DNA from: a virus
Taxonomy: Duplodnaviria; Heunggongvirae; Uroviricota; Caudoviricetes
Reading direction: 5' to 3' (one strand)
IMG/VR virus record: IMGVR_UViG_3300025858_001097
Length of the DNA: 64,000 bases
Notes under the pieces: model-generated
The model's input: the letters and a program-made list of their open reading frames with translations, nothing else
Databases searched by the model: none
What the model was told of the DNA's origin: nothing
Shown: positions 44,038-53,628 of the stretch, piece by piece
Layout of the letters: each line of letters begins with the position of its first letter
Position numbering within the stretch: the stretch's first letter is position 1
Made by a program: the position numbers and the translations under genes

Positions 44038-45456
44038 TTATATTGACTTTCTTTTTTTCTTTTTTTCTTTATTACTTCCCATCATTTCTCTTACGAAGCT
44101 ATTCTTTTTTATCAGTTCTTCTAACGCTTTTTTGTCATTGTTATTGATTTCAATTATTTTATTTTCATCATATTCATCTTTAAAATAGTATTCATCATCG
44201 ATTCCTTTTATTAGAAGATCCATTATATAAAATTTACCATCAACATATTCATATTCTTTATTTATATCGTTTCTTAAAAGATAATCAAAGGTTTTCCTAT
44301 CCTTGTCAAAATAAACTCTATACACATCGCCTTCCATCATAAAAGAACCAATCTTTTTAGAATAAACACTAGATTGTGAGGTTAGAAACCTTTTATGATG
44401 AGTAGAATATCTTAATTCTGATGGATAAGAATATTCGTCAAATTCTTTTATAAAGAAAGCGTTGTTTTTATGCGTATAACCATCACCATAATAACAGAAT
44501 ATAGAATCTTCTATGTTGATAAATTCTTTATTTAAAACATCGTAAACAAAATTTTCGTTTCCAGAATCCGCTCCGTTTGTTTCACGAAGCTTTACAATAT
44601 TAGAAATCTCTTCATATTCCTTATCTATATTTGTTAGATATTTTTCTTTCGCGTTATAATAAAATAAAGTATCCATATAAGGAAAGTATTTAAAATCTCC
44701 CTTAACATGAACTTTCATATCAATATTGATTTCAAAACCATCTTTTACGACTTTTACGGCATCAAATGTCTGGGCTGCTTTATACAACCATCCTTGTTTT
44801 TCAGCGTGTTTCTTGAAAAGAATAGCGTCAGAATCTTCCTTAACGTATATTCTATCTAAAAGCCAAGTATCACTTGGTTCGTCTAATTTCCAAAGAATGG
44901 CTCTTCCACCAATAAGATCTCTACTTTCCTGAAGAATTAACATTTTTATTTTATCTGGATTCTTTGTATATAAATCCATATATTGCTCACATTGATCGTA
45001 ACGCATGCAAGACTTATTCAGTGAACCATTGCCTCTTGAATATCTTTTACCGTTATAGTATTTTGCAATTTCACAGCCTTCAACAATCTTAAATTTAATA
45101 TTTTTTAAAGCATTCTTATATTCAGCTTTAAATGAATTTACCCATCTTTCAATTTCTGATGGTGTATAAAAAGGAGCAATTTTGTTTATTAATCTACCAA
45201 CTCGAATTTCGTTTCTAGAACCGCACGACCATACCATATCACCGTTTCCTCTCACTTGAGGAATTTCTTGGTATTTATTAGCTTGAATAAAAGATACTGT
45301 AGATTCATCATCCGTTATATCGAAAAAAGAATACTGGAAAGCGTAGTCTTGATTGTTCTCCATAGAAAGAATGAAAATAGATATATTGTCATTGATTCTC
45401 GTGAGAATATCTCTAAATCTTGATGATAAAATTACTGGTAAATATACATTTTCCAT
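44038..45456 (-). CDS. paralogous family member D
   Basis: KSCMRY, NPDKIKMLIL, GRAILWKL, LDRIY and FPYMDTL blocks. Confidence 0.6.
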   Translation of the reverse strand: MENVYLPVILSSRFRDILTRINDNISIFILSMENNQDYAFQYSFFDITDDESTVSFIQANKYQEIPQVRGNGDMVWSCGSRNEIRVGRLINKIAPFYTPSEIERWVNSFKAEYKNALKNIKFKIVEGCEIAKYYNGKRYSRGNGSLNKSCMRYDQCEQYMDLYTKNPDKIKMLILQESRDLIGGRAILWKLDEPSDTWLLDRIYVKEDSDAILFKKHAEKQGWLYKAAQTFDAVKVVKDGFEINIDMKVHVKGDFKYFPYMDTLFYYNAKEKYLTNIDKEYEEISNIVKLRETNGADSGNENFVYDVLNKEFINIEDSIFCYYGDGYTHKNNAFFIKEFDEYSYPSELRYSTHHKRFLTSQSSVYSKKIGSFMMEGDVYRVYFDKDRKTFDYLLRNDINKEYEYVDGKFYIMDLLIKGIDDEYYFKDEYDENKIIEINNNDKKALEELIKKNSFVREMMGSNKEKKKKRKSI

Positions 45457-45584
45457 AAATGAAAATTAATTTTTAATATATAATGCAAATTGCGGATTAT
45501 AAATTGTTTTACAAAATTAATAAATTTAATTTAGATATTAAAAAATTTTATTAATTTTGTAAAAATAAAAGAATAAAAATATTT

Positions 45585-46733
45585 ATGGACATTAGAGCGA
45601 AGTTTTTAGAATTGACATCAAAAACATATCCTATGGGGAAAGAAAAGGAAGTATATAAATTTTTACCAGACGATTTTATTAAGGACCCATTTGATAATTT
45701 ATATTGGATAATAGGACATCCAGACACTTTATTCTGTGCTCATCTTGATACTGTCGGCGAGTCATCTGAAGTTGTACATGTTTTTGATGGAAATGTGGTC
45801 AAAACAAATGGGAAAACCGTTCTTGGAGCAGATGATAAAGCGGGAGTTGTTATTATGCTAAATATGATAGAAAAAAACATCCCTGGTTTTTATTTATTCA
45901 CTGTGGGCGAAGAAAAGGGGTGTCAAGGTTCGGCTAAATTATCTCAAAAATTACAGACAAAAGGAGACGATAAATTCAAAGGTATCAAAAAAATAATAGC
46001 CTTCGATAGAAGTGGATATAGTAGTATTATTACACACCAAATGGAACAAAGATGTTGTAGTGATGAATTTGCAAATGCCTTAATTAGAGAATTTGGAAAA
46101 GTAGGTCTCCAATACACATTAGACACGGGTGGTGTATATTGTGATTCTGCTGAGTTTGCGGATCTAATTCCCGAATGCACTAATATTTCTGTTGGTTATT
46201 TCGATCAACACAACGTAGTGGAAAAACAAGACATGGCTTTTTTGGAAAGGTTATCAGATGCTTGTTGTAAAGTAGATTGGAAATCATTACCAGTAAAAAG
46301 AGATCCTAAAAAAGTAGAATATATTGATAGTTATTATACTAGTAGAAAGAAAAGAACTATTGTAGGTGAAGATGAATCCGAATTTGATGATTATGATTTT
46401 CATCCAATGGCAGTTGAAGATAATAAAGATGTGGAAGTTTTCTATTTCGAAGATAAAAGATATAATTATATATCTGATATATCTTATCTAAATGGTGAAA
46501 TTGTAGATATTACTTTAAGTCAAAAACGCATTGAGCATGAATTAGAGGCAATAACAAAATATATAGAAGATAGTGGAATAATATATGATTTCGCTGTTTG
46601 GGATGGACTCATTTTGGTCGTCGAACACGACAAACACGAAACAAAAATATCAAGAAACGATCTCATCAAATACGTACCAATTCTCGATATAGAATTTATC
46701 AAGAAAGAGGTAAGACCAATTAGAAAATTTTAA
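45585..46733 (+). CDS. M20-like (peptidase T-like) zinc metallopeptidase / amidohydrolase, paralogue 2
   Basis: CAHLDTV, LGADDKAG and VGEEKG motifs; no TATATA box upstream, unlike most genes. Confidence 0.55.
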   Translation: MDIRAKFLELTSKTYPMGKEKEVYKFLPDDFIKDPFDNLYWIIGHPDTLFCAHLDTVGESSEVVHVFDGNVVKTNGKTVLGADDKAGVVIMLNMIEKNIPGFYLFTVGEEKGCQGSAKLSQKLQTKGDDKFKGIKKIIAFDRSGYSSIITHQMEQRCCSDEFANALIREFGKVGLQYTLDTGGVYCDSAEFADLIPECTNISVGYFDQHNVVEKQDMAFLERLSDACCKVDWKSLPVKRDPKKVEYIDSYYTSRKKRTIVGEDESEFDDYDFHPMAVEDNKDVEVFYFEDKRYNYISDISYLNGEIVDITLSQKRIEHELEAITKYIEDSGIIYDFAVWDGLILVVEHDKHETKISRNDLIKYVPILDIEFIKKEVRPIRKF

Positions 46734-46777
46734 ACAAGACTGACCTTCTTTAATATATAAAGAAAAAAGGAAGTGTT

Positions 46778-47239
46778 ATGTTTGTGTATCAACTAGTAAA
46801 CGCTAAAAAAGCGTTAGATAATGTATCTCATTATCAAGGTTTAGAATTTGCTTATGCTGTATTTAAGAATAAACAATTAATTGATAATAAATTAATGGAA
46901 GTTGATTTCATTAAAAATGTATCACCTGAAGTTGTTGAATATGAAAATCAAAGAATAAAACTCTGTGAAGATTATTCTAAGAAGAATAATGAAGGCGTGC
47001 CTATAATAGAGAACGATCTTTATCTCATTGAAAATCAAGATGAATTTAAAGAAAAAATGAAAGATTTAGTGGAAAAATATAAACCTTTCGTTGAAGAAAG
47101 ACAAAAACAAATTGAAATTTTTAATGAAAAAATGAATAATCAAGCTAATATTGATTGGATAAAGATTAAAAAAGATCAAATTCCGCCAGATATTAAAACA
47201 GCGAACGAACTTCAAGAAATATCATTTATGATAGACTAA
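46778..47239 (+). CDS. hypothetical protein (153 aa)
   Basis: Promoter-like box at 46749-46761; an AAGGAAG Shine-Dalgarno-like sequence 6 nt before the ATG, which is rare in this window. Confidence 0.5.
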   Translation: MFVYQLVNAKKALDNVSHYQGLEFAYAVFKNKQLIDNKLMEVDFIKNVSPEVVEYENQRIKLCEDYSKKNNEGVPIIENDLYLIENQDEFKEKMKDLVEKYKPFVEERQKQIEIFNEKMNNQANIDWIKIKKDQIPPDIKTANELQEISFMID

Positions 47240-47252
47240 TTTTCATTAGTGA

Positions 47253-47921
47253 TTAATTCATATTTAATTCTTTTAACAGATTGTCTATGTTATACTGAGC
47301 TTCTTCTAAAAGTTTGACCTCCGGTATAATGATATTATTACCAACTTTTCTTACGCTATCAAATAAGATTTTTTCCTGATTGGTATAAATGGAAGCTGAC
47401 GCTGTATATAAAACAGCTGATATTTCAGGATTAGATTTTTCTACTTGACTGGCTAAAAAATTTAACTTCTCAATCAACTTGTCCTTCTTCATATTTATCT
47501 GCTTTTTAGTGTTGCAATTATAACAAAGAGTTTGATAATTATCAATATTATTTTCTCCGCCCTTACTTTTTGGTTTTACATGATCTTTTGTGAGCATTAC
47601 TTCATCTCCGTTCTCATTGTATCCATATAAATTAAAGTGCCATTTGTAATTTTCTTTTACTTCGTTGGCGTGTCTTTCCAAAGCGAAGAATTTTCCTTCT
47701 AGACCACATTCAACGCAGGATACACCACTTTTTTTAAATGTTTGATATCTGTGAGATGCCAAACTAACTAAATTACCCAAATATTCTTTTACTGTTTTGG
47801 GCACTCTTTCTTTTCCTTTTTGATTTCCTTTTTTAATCACAATAGGATCTGGAACAAAATCCAAAACTTCATTTATGGAAAAAGTTCCAATTCTTATATA
47901 CCGGTTGTTTTTATTTTTCAT
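47253..47921 (-). CDS. HNH endonuclease
   Basis: HVKPKSKGGENNIDNYQTLCYNCN matches the HNH motif. Confidence 0.65.
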   Translation of the reverse strand: MKNKNNRYIRIGTFSINEVLDFVPDPIVIKKGNQKGKERVPKTVKEYLGNLVSLASHRYQTFKKSGVSCVECGLEGKFFALERHANEVKENYKWHFNLYGYNENGDEVMLTKDHVKPKSKGGENNIDNYQTLCYNCNTKKQINMKKDKLIEKLNFLASQVEKSNPEISAVLYTASASIYTNQEKILFDSVRKVGNNIIIPEVKLLEEAQYNIDNLLKELNMN

Positions 47922-48550
47922 TAATAACTATAATTTTTTGTTGACTTGCGAACCTTGAGTTGTGAGTGGGTGTTATTTTTTTCAGTAAGTCCAGGCTCCA
48001 ATCCAGCTTCTTTTCTTTTTAAGACTAATCCTTCAATCATATCAATCTTAGTAAGACTATCCCAAATTTCTCCAAATCCTTTGTAAAAAGTTTTTGTCAT
48101 GTATATATTATCAGTTATTTTATAAGAATATTCATTTTCATCGACGAATTTAAACATATCTGTTAAAATATCCAATCTTTGCTGAAAAGTTTTTCCAATA
48201 AGATGATCATTATCTAATACAAGAATATCAAAGATAACAAGTTTGTGATTAAAAATTTTTCCAAACTCATCTTTCTTCGATTTATTCATATATTCACCAA
48301 CTATGAGATTTGAGCCGGTGTTTGGAATTAACTTTTTAATTTCTTCCCTAGAAATTTTAAAACCGCTAAGTTCGGCTTTGTGACGATTCATCACTCTCCA
48401 AAGATCATTTCCGATGTAAACTTCTGCGCACGAACCATTAAATTTAGGTTGTGCTAAAAAAGTTCCATCATCAAATTTATCCATTCCAGATCTTGGAAAG
48501 GTGTTCTCTGGGCGAGGAGGATAAACGTATTTTGAATCTTTATAAATCAT
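47921..48550 (-). CDS. minimal ATP-dependent polynucleotide ligase-like nucleotidyltransferase
   Basis: Motif I KFNGS (KxNG); III IVGEYM; IIIa VIFDIL; IV EGLVLKRK; V LKVRK. The track ORF (to 48664) has a 38-aa N-terminal extension that overlaps the TM ORF 48540..48725 and reads like an off-frame artefact. The likely start is M39 at about 48548-48550. Confidence 0.5.
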   Translation of the reverse strand: MIYKDSKYVYPPRPENTFPRSGMDKFDDGTFLAQPKFNGSCAEVYIGNDLWRVMNRHKAELSGFKISREEIKKLIPNTGSNLIVGEYMNKSKKDEFGKIFNHKLVIFDILVLDNDHLIGKTFQQRLDILTDMFKFVDENEYSYKITDNIYMTKTFYKGFGEIWDSLTKIDMIEGLVLKRKEAGLEPGLTEKNNTHSQLKVRKSTKNYSY

Positions 48551-48725
48551 TAGAATCTTTACTGTTATTTTTGTTCTTTTTTGAGGTTTGAGATGAAGGT
48601 ACAACAGTGGTAATGACAGCAGCAAATACAACCCAACCCCAACCTGGTTTTCCCCAATAAGCAAGCAATCCAGCTAAAACTACAAAACTTATTGATACAA
48701 TATTGTAAAATAAATATCTAAACAT
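48540..48725 (-). CDS. small two-TM membrane protein (61 aa)
   Basis: Two hydrophobic helices and a basic C-terminal tail. Confidence 0.4.
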   Translation of the reverse strand: MFRYLFYNIVSISFVVLAGLLAYWGKPGWGWVVFAAVITTVVPSSQTSKKNKNNSKDSNDL

Positions 48726-48739
48726 TTTTCTTATTTTTT

Positions 48740-48780
48740 TAAAAAAGTCCCTCAGTGTTTTCTGAGGGACTTTTGGTTAA
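48740..48780 (-). terminator. intrinsic terminator downstream of gene 48786..49400
   Basis: aaaagtccctcag-tgtttt-ctgagggactttt: a 13-bp GC-cored stem with A/T tracts on both sides (T-run on the minus-strand transcript); coordinates +/-1. Confidence 0.6.
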
Positions 48781-48785
48781 ATTTA

Positions 48786-49400
48786 TTACTTAACTTTAGC
48801 GCCCTTAGTCGCGAAGATGGGCTGAATATCCCTGATAAAGTCAGCGACTTTACCCTTACCCCAAGTGAAAGCCTTTTCAATTGCTCCCTTGCTTACAGAG
48901 TAAGCGACCCTTGCCTGAATGAGTTCACCTTTATCGTCGTCGGTGATATCGGGGCAATTTTCAATCATTGTGGAAAGAACTTCACCGTATTTGTCAACCA
49001 ATGCTGCATTGAGAACAAACTCAGTCTTTTCGGTAACAACATCATCACCATAAGTATCTTTGAGTTCGTTGAAGCGATTTTCATCACACTTGATATATCG
49101 ATCGGATGGCACGAACATGACGGAAGAGTTGGTATCAGAAGTGAGAATGAAAGAACCAGGATATCCACCAGTCTTGGTATAGACATCTTCGAAAGCCTTG
49201 ATGCCCATATCCTTCACTACGCCTTTAGCCATTTCAAGTTCAGCGGTGAGCTGATCAATCTGAGCTTCGAGCTGAGCCATTTTGGTAAGATTCTGATCGA
49301 ATTCTTTACCAGCAATGTTGATGCTAAGCTTGTCATTCTTTTTGTCAGCTTTTGCAGCCCCTTTTTCTTTTGCTTTGTTGAAAAGATTACCTTTTGTCAT
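48786..49400 (-). CDS. Lys/Ala-rich N-terminus plus coiled-coil, acidic small protein (204 aa) with GC-enriched, strongly biased codon usage
   Basis: GC visibly higher (about 40-45%) than its surroundings, with G/C-ending codons; strong terminator downstream; long 5' spacer lacking the usual TATATA box. Confidence 0.6.
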   Translation of the reverse strand: MTKGNLFNKAKEKGAAKADKKNDKLSINIAGKEFDQNLTKMAQLEAQIDQLTAELEMAKGVVKDMGIKAFEDVYTKTGGYPGSFILTSDTNSSVMFVPSDRYIKCDENRFNELKDTYGDDVVTEKTEFVLNAALVDKYGEVLSTMIENCPDITDDDKGELIQARVAYSVSKGAIEKAFTWGKGKVADFIRDIQPIFATKGAKVK

Positions 49401-49579
49401 TTTCTTTAAATATTAGGTTGTTTGACTTCGATTTTGATAATACGAAGATACGCCAATGTCCCGACATAAAAAAATCATACCGAAAATTTTTTTACCAATA
49501 AAATCAATATTTTCAGAATTATTTTTCAGTATAAAAGGAACTTGGAAGTATCTTTTATACTTATTTCTTAAATACCCCG

Positions 49580-50008
49580 TTATAAATTGGGTTCATCATA
49601 TATTATTTTAGCCTTGACATTTTGTTTCTTACCATTCTTGAAGTAAAATCTACTACAATTAGGATCTCCATCGCCATCACTAAAACCACTATCCCAGTCT
49701 ATGTCAAGTCTAAAAACAAGTTCTGGAAACTTTTTAGAGAATTTTTGTATGTCGTTTTCGATATCATATCCACTACAACCTTCATTAGCTTTTCCACTAT
49801 CTTTCAAAGCAACATAACAATCTTCACTTTCCTGTCTTAATTGTTTTATGATTTCTTCACTTTTAAATGGAACTTGTTCCACAACTAGTTTTGTACCACA
49901 ATCAGCACAGAAATTCCCAATTCTTTCTTCGTTACATGTTTTACAAAACATTACGGGTTTTGTCATCTCGCCAGCTATTTTCAAACTAAATGTATTATCG
50001 TACCCCAT
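49580..50008 (-). CDS. zinc-ribbon protein (142 aa)
   Basis: CKTC...CADCG. Confidence 0.5.
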   Translation of the reverse strand: MGYDNTFSLKIAGEMTKPVMFCKTCNEERIGNFCADCGTKLVVEQVPFKSEEIIKQLRQESEDCYVALKDSGKANEGCSGYDIENDIQKFSKKFPELVFRLDIDWDSGFSDGDGDPNCSRFYFKNGKKQNVKAKIIYDEPNL

Positions 50009-50146
50009 GGCTTTTTATTTTAGTTCATTATCTAATCTTTCTTTCAATTCACTTAATGCCTTTGTGGTAGTATGTCCTTAACATACTTAGCGTCACCTGT
50101 TCGATTAGTTAATATCGCTCTTAATCTGATTTCTTCTCTGTCCATA

Positions 50147-50497
50147 TTATTCTAATTTTCCTTTATTATACCATTTAACTATCGTTTTTTCTTCTTCAAC
50201 TTGTTTGTATCCCATTCTTCGCTTAAAATCCTCATGCCATATTTCACAATATTCATCAAGAGTTACTTCTTTTCCTCTATAATACCATTTAGTATTAATA
50301 AGATCATTATTATCAAGATCTTTATAATATTCTTCTAATTTTTTCAATCTACTCAAATCTTTTACAAAAACTTTACGCCATTGGGGATCGCTTACAATAA
50401 CCGCAGATCCTGGTCCTTTTGATGTTACAACTCCAGGAAAAGATATGGTTACTCCTTTATAAAATACTTTATCTCCTATTTCAAAATTACTTTTCAT
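50147..50497 (-). CDS. hypothetical protein (116 aa)
   Basis: ORF track. Confidence 0.5.
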   Translation of the reverse strand: MKSNFEIGDKVFYKGVTISFPGVVTSKGPGSAVIVSDPQWRKVFVKDLSRLKKLEEYYKDLDNNDLINTKWYYRGKEVTLDEYCEIWHEDFKRRMGYKQVEEEKTIVKWYNKGKLE

Positions 50498-51347
50498 TAA
50501 TTAATTGATGTTTGTAAGTTAATAACATATCTTCCTTTTCTTTTGGAAGAACTGGATAAGCTAAATCCAATGCTTTCATTCTTTCAATCAAAATCTTAGA
50601 AACCAAAAGACGAGACAGTTTCTTTTTGTCAGCTGGAATAACATACCAGGGACTCTTTTCAGTTGAAGTATTGTTGATCATATCTTCATATGCTTCCATA
50701 TAATCATTCCAATAACAACGCTCTTTTAAATCCGCTTCTGAAAATTTCCAATTTTTAGCTTCATCTTCAATTCTTTCAAGAAGACGATTCTTCTGCTCTT
50801 CTTTTGAAATATTTAAAAATATTTTAACTACTTCAATTCCATTACGATTTAAATGTTTTTCAAAGTTACGAATATCATCATAACGCTCTTCCCAAACTTT
50901 ATCTGTGATAAGATCTGATGGTATCTTCTGTTTAGTTAATAAATTGTGAACTTTTACCACTAAAACCTCTTCATAATAAGAGCGATTGAATATTGCAATA
51001 TTTCCTTTATTTGGAGCAAAAACTTGAGCCTTCCAAAGCCATGTGTGATCAAGTTGCTCGGGCCCGGGTTGTTTAAAACTCATAACTTGTGTAGCTTGCG
51101 GATTCAATCCGCTCATAACATGCTTTATGATTCCATCTTTACCGCACGTATCCATCCCCTGAATTATCATCAGCATACCATATTTATCTTGTGCATAAAG
51201 CATGTCCTGCATAAGAGCAAGTTCTTTAATATGATCTACAAGATTTTGCTCAATATCTTCTTTGCTAAGATCAGATTTAATGGAAGTATCAAAATTTTTA
51301 ATTTTGAATTTATCTCTACCGTCAACAGTGTAATCTTTGATTTTCAT
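50487..51347 (-). CDS. ppk2: polyphosphate kinase 2 (PPK2) family
   Basis: Walker A GMDTCGKDG, followed by FNRSYYE-type motifs. Confidence 0.8.
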   Translation of the reverse strand: MKIKDYTVDGRDKFKIKNFDTSIKSDLSKEDIEQNLVDHIKELALMQDMLYAQDKYGMLMIIQGMDTCGKDGIIKHVMSGLNPQATQVMSFKQPGPEQLDHTWLWKAQVFAPNKGNIAIFNRSYYEEVLVVKVHNLLTKQKIPSDLITDKVWEERYDDIRNFEKHLNRNGIEVVKIFLNISKEEQKNRLLERIEDEAKNWKFSEADLKERCYWNDYMEAYEDMINNTSTEKSPWYVIPADKKKLSRLLVSKILIERMKALDLAYPVLPKEKEDMLLTYKHQLINEK

Positions 51348-51349
51348 TA

Positions 51350-52291
51350 TTATTTGTTGTTAATGAATAACTTACTCAATGATTTATGATTTACTATGTT
51401 GCGAATAGCTCTTGATAAAAGAGTTGATGCAGAAACCACCGTAATCTTACTGCTATTCTCTTTTAACGGAACGGTATCTGTTACAACTAGCTCGGTTAAA
51501 GCTGATTTATTTACGTTATCATAAGCGTCTCCACTTAAAATAGGATGAGTAACAACCGCTCTTACGCTGTTTGCTCCTCTTTCCATCATCAATTTGGCTG
51601 ATCTACAGAGAGTTCCACCTGTATCTATAATATCATCAACAATCACAACATCCTTGCCTTTGACATCACCTATGAGAATCATTTCATCTATTTTATTTTC
51701 TTTTGGTCTGTGTTTGTAACAAAGAACCATTTCGCATCCAAGACTTTCTGATAAATATTTTGCCTTTTTTGTTCCACCAGTATCAGGAGCTGCTACTACA
51801 AGATTTTGAAGACCCAATTCTTTTAGATAAGGAACAAACATATAAGAAGCTAGGAGCATATCTACAGGAATGTTGAAGAATCCACCAATTTGATCGGCGT
51901 GAAGGTCAATAGTAACGATTCTAGTCGCGCCGGCGGTTTCTAAAAAGTTGGCAACTAATTTAGCTCCAATGCCGCATCTTGGTTTATCTTTTCTATCCTG
52001 TCTTCCATAACCGAAGTATGGAACAACAGCAATGATTCTTGCAGCGGACGCTTTCTTTGCAGCATCAATCATCTGGAACAACTCCCAATAATTATCAATA
52101 GGAGCATATCCCGACTGAATGATGAACACTGAACGTCCTCTAATATTTTCTTTGAAAACTGGTTGGAATTCGCCGTCAGAAAACTTTGTAAGTTCTACCT
52201 GACCCAATCCCATTTTAAGATTTTTGGCTACATTTTCAGCAAGCGCTTTACTAGCTGAGCCAGCGAAGATCTTTACTTCACTTTTATCCAT
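51350..52291 (-). CDS. prs: ribose-phosphate pyrophosphokinase (PRPP synthetase) homologue
   Basis: DLHADQIGGFF and VVIVDDIIDTGGTL PRPP-binding loop; 313 aa. Confidence 0.85.
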   Translation of the reverse strand: MDKSEVKIFAGSASKALAENVAKNLKMGLGQVELTKFSDGEFQPVFKENIRGRSVFIIQSGYAPIDNYWELFQMIDAAKKASAARIIAVVPYFGYGRQDRKDKPRCGIGAKLVANFLETAGATRIVTIDLHADQIGGFFNIPVDMLLASYMFVPYLKELGLQNLVVAAPDTGGTKKAKYLSESLGCEMVLCYKHRPKENKIDEMILIGDVKGKDVVIVDDIIDTGGTLCRSAKLMMERGANSVRAVVTHPILSGDAYDNVNKSALTELVVTDTVPLKENSSKITVVSASTLLSRAIRNIVNHKSLSKLFINNK

Positions 52292-52394
52292 AATGAGTTT
52301 TTTTGAGTTATATTAAAAAAACGTATTCTTGTTTTCTTTTACAAAATTAAAAAATATTTCATTAAATAAAAAATTTAATTAAGCTTATATTATT

Positions 52395-52410
52395 TTAATA
52401 TATAAATAGA
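52395..52410 (+). promoter_or_regulatory. promoter-like box upstream of 52426..53574
   Basis: ttaatatataaataga. Confidence 0.4.
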
Positions 52411-52425
52411 AACAACATTTCATCA

Positions 52426-53574
52426 ATGGGACAAGTTGAAACATTAATAAAAAACATAGATTCATTAACAGCTACTATTTACAAATTAAAAGAAAAGACT
52501 TTTCTAACTCCTTCTATTCCACAAATAGATATTACTAGTATGGTTATGACTCCGCGTCAAATAGCAAAAAGAGTTTTATTAGTTGGAAGTGGTGTTGTGA
52601 ACACATCGGGTCAAATTGTTGAAACACTAACGTCAACGGGAATATATACCGCGCAATCATTGGGGGCTGATACAACTTTAGCCCAAGAGGCTTTGAACTC
52701 ACCCGAGGCTCTTACAGCACTAACAGCGATTAAAATATCAGGTATGGTCACGACAGAAGAAGAAGCTCATTTGATAGTCTATGGAAAAATAATGAGAGAC
52801 GCCAACGGAAAAATAATAGACAATGAAAAATTATATCCCGAATGTGTTGATGATCGTTTAGGAATGCCTAAAATTCATCCAACATTGACCGAAGTTAAAA
52901 AATATGTAACTTTAGCCACAAAAGCCGTTAAAATGATAGGAATTAAAGAACAGGATTTATTAGATGATATAATGCAAGCTGCAATTTCAATACCGGCAAA
53001 CATAACAGCGATGGTTTCTGCGACAGCTATAATGCCACCGGGCTCAGGTCTTCCAGTCGCTTTCGCGGCTTTTCAATCTATGGTCGCTACAATAATGGGG
53101 TTAACGTCTAAAATAGCCGACATTACAGGAATATTACCAGACCTAGAATATGTTCCTTTAATACTACCGAAAGAAATGGTTGATGCCGTACTTATTCCAG
53201 TAAATGCTATTCTTACAGCATTGATTACTGTTATGGGTACAATAGAAGGTATAACGAGTCTTATTCCAAGCACGTCATCATTATCGTCAATGTCTGGTGG
53301 AGCCGTAATACCCCCAGCGGCTTATGTTGGCGGAACAGTCACTGGGACAGTTAAAAGAAGTTCGGATAATGTTTCTATACCTAACGCTACTGTAACTGTT
53401 GGAAATAAACCAGAAGTAAAGACAGACGCAGCTGGAAAATATACAGTTGAAAAAGTAGATACAGGAAAACAAAATATAACAGTATATCACGCCTCTTTCC
53501 AAGGATATACTAGTTCGGTGGATGTTCAAAACGATCAAACAATAACAGTAGATGTTCTGTTACTTCCTTTATGA
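52426..53574 (+). CDS. putative structural protein with a C-terminal carboxypeptidase-regulatory-like (CarboxypepD_reg) beta-sandwich
   Basis: C-terminal GTVTGTV...ATVTVGN...TDAAGKYTV...GYTSSV pattern; the promoter box at 52395-52410 is 16 nt before the ATG. Confidence 0.5.
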   Translation: MGQVETLIKNIDSLTATIYKLKEKTFLTPSIPQIDITSMVMTPRQIAKRVLLVGSGVVNTSGQIVETLTSTGIYTAQSLGADTTLAQEALNSPEALTALTAIKISGMVTTEEEAHLIVYGKIMRDANGKIIDNEKLYPECVDDRLGMPKIHPTLTEVKKYVTLATKAVKMIGIKEQDLLDDIMQAAISIPANITAMVSATAIMPPGSGLPVAFAAFQSMVATIMGLTSKIADITGILPDLEYVPLILPKEMVDAVLIPVNAILTALITVMGTIEGITSLIPSTSSLSSMSGGAVIPPAAYVGGTVTGTVKRSSDNVSIPNATVTVGNKPEVKTDAAGKYTVEKVDTGKQNITVYHASFQGYTSSVDVQNDQTITVDVLLLPL

Positions 53575-53628
53575 AAACAACCAGAAATAGGACCTCATCA
53601 AATTAATTTATATTAATAAAAAAATAAT

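Noticed and set aside
50041-50146. Possible tRNA or structured ncRNA in the spacer (TTCGATT T-loop-like string; a 7-bp hairpin agtatgtccttaacatact)
   Set aside because: I could not build a cloverleaf: there is no complementary T-stem or acceptor stem around the TTCGATT, and the hairpin is not followed by a T-run. It may be an RNA-processing structure, but the evidence is insufficient.
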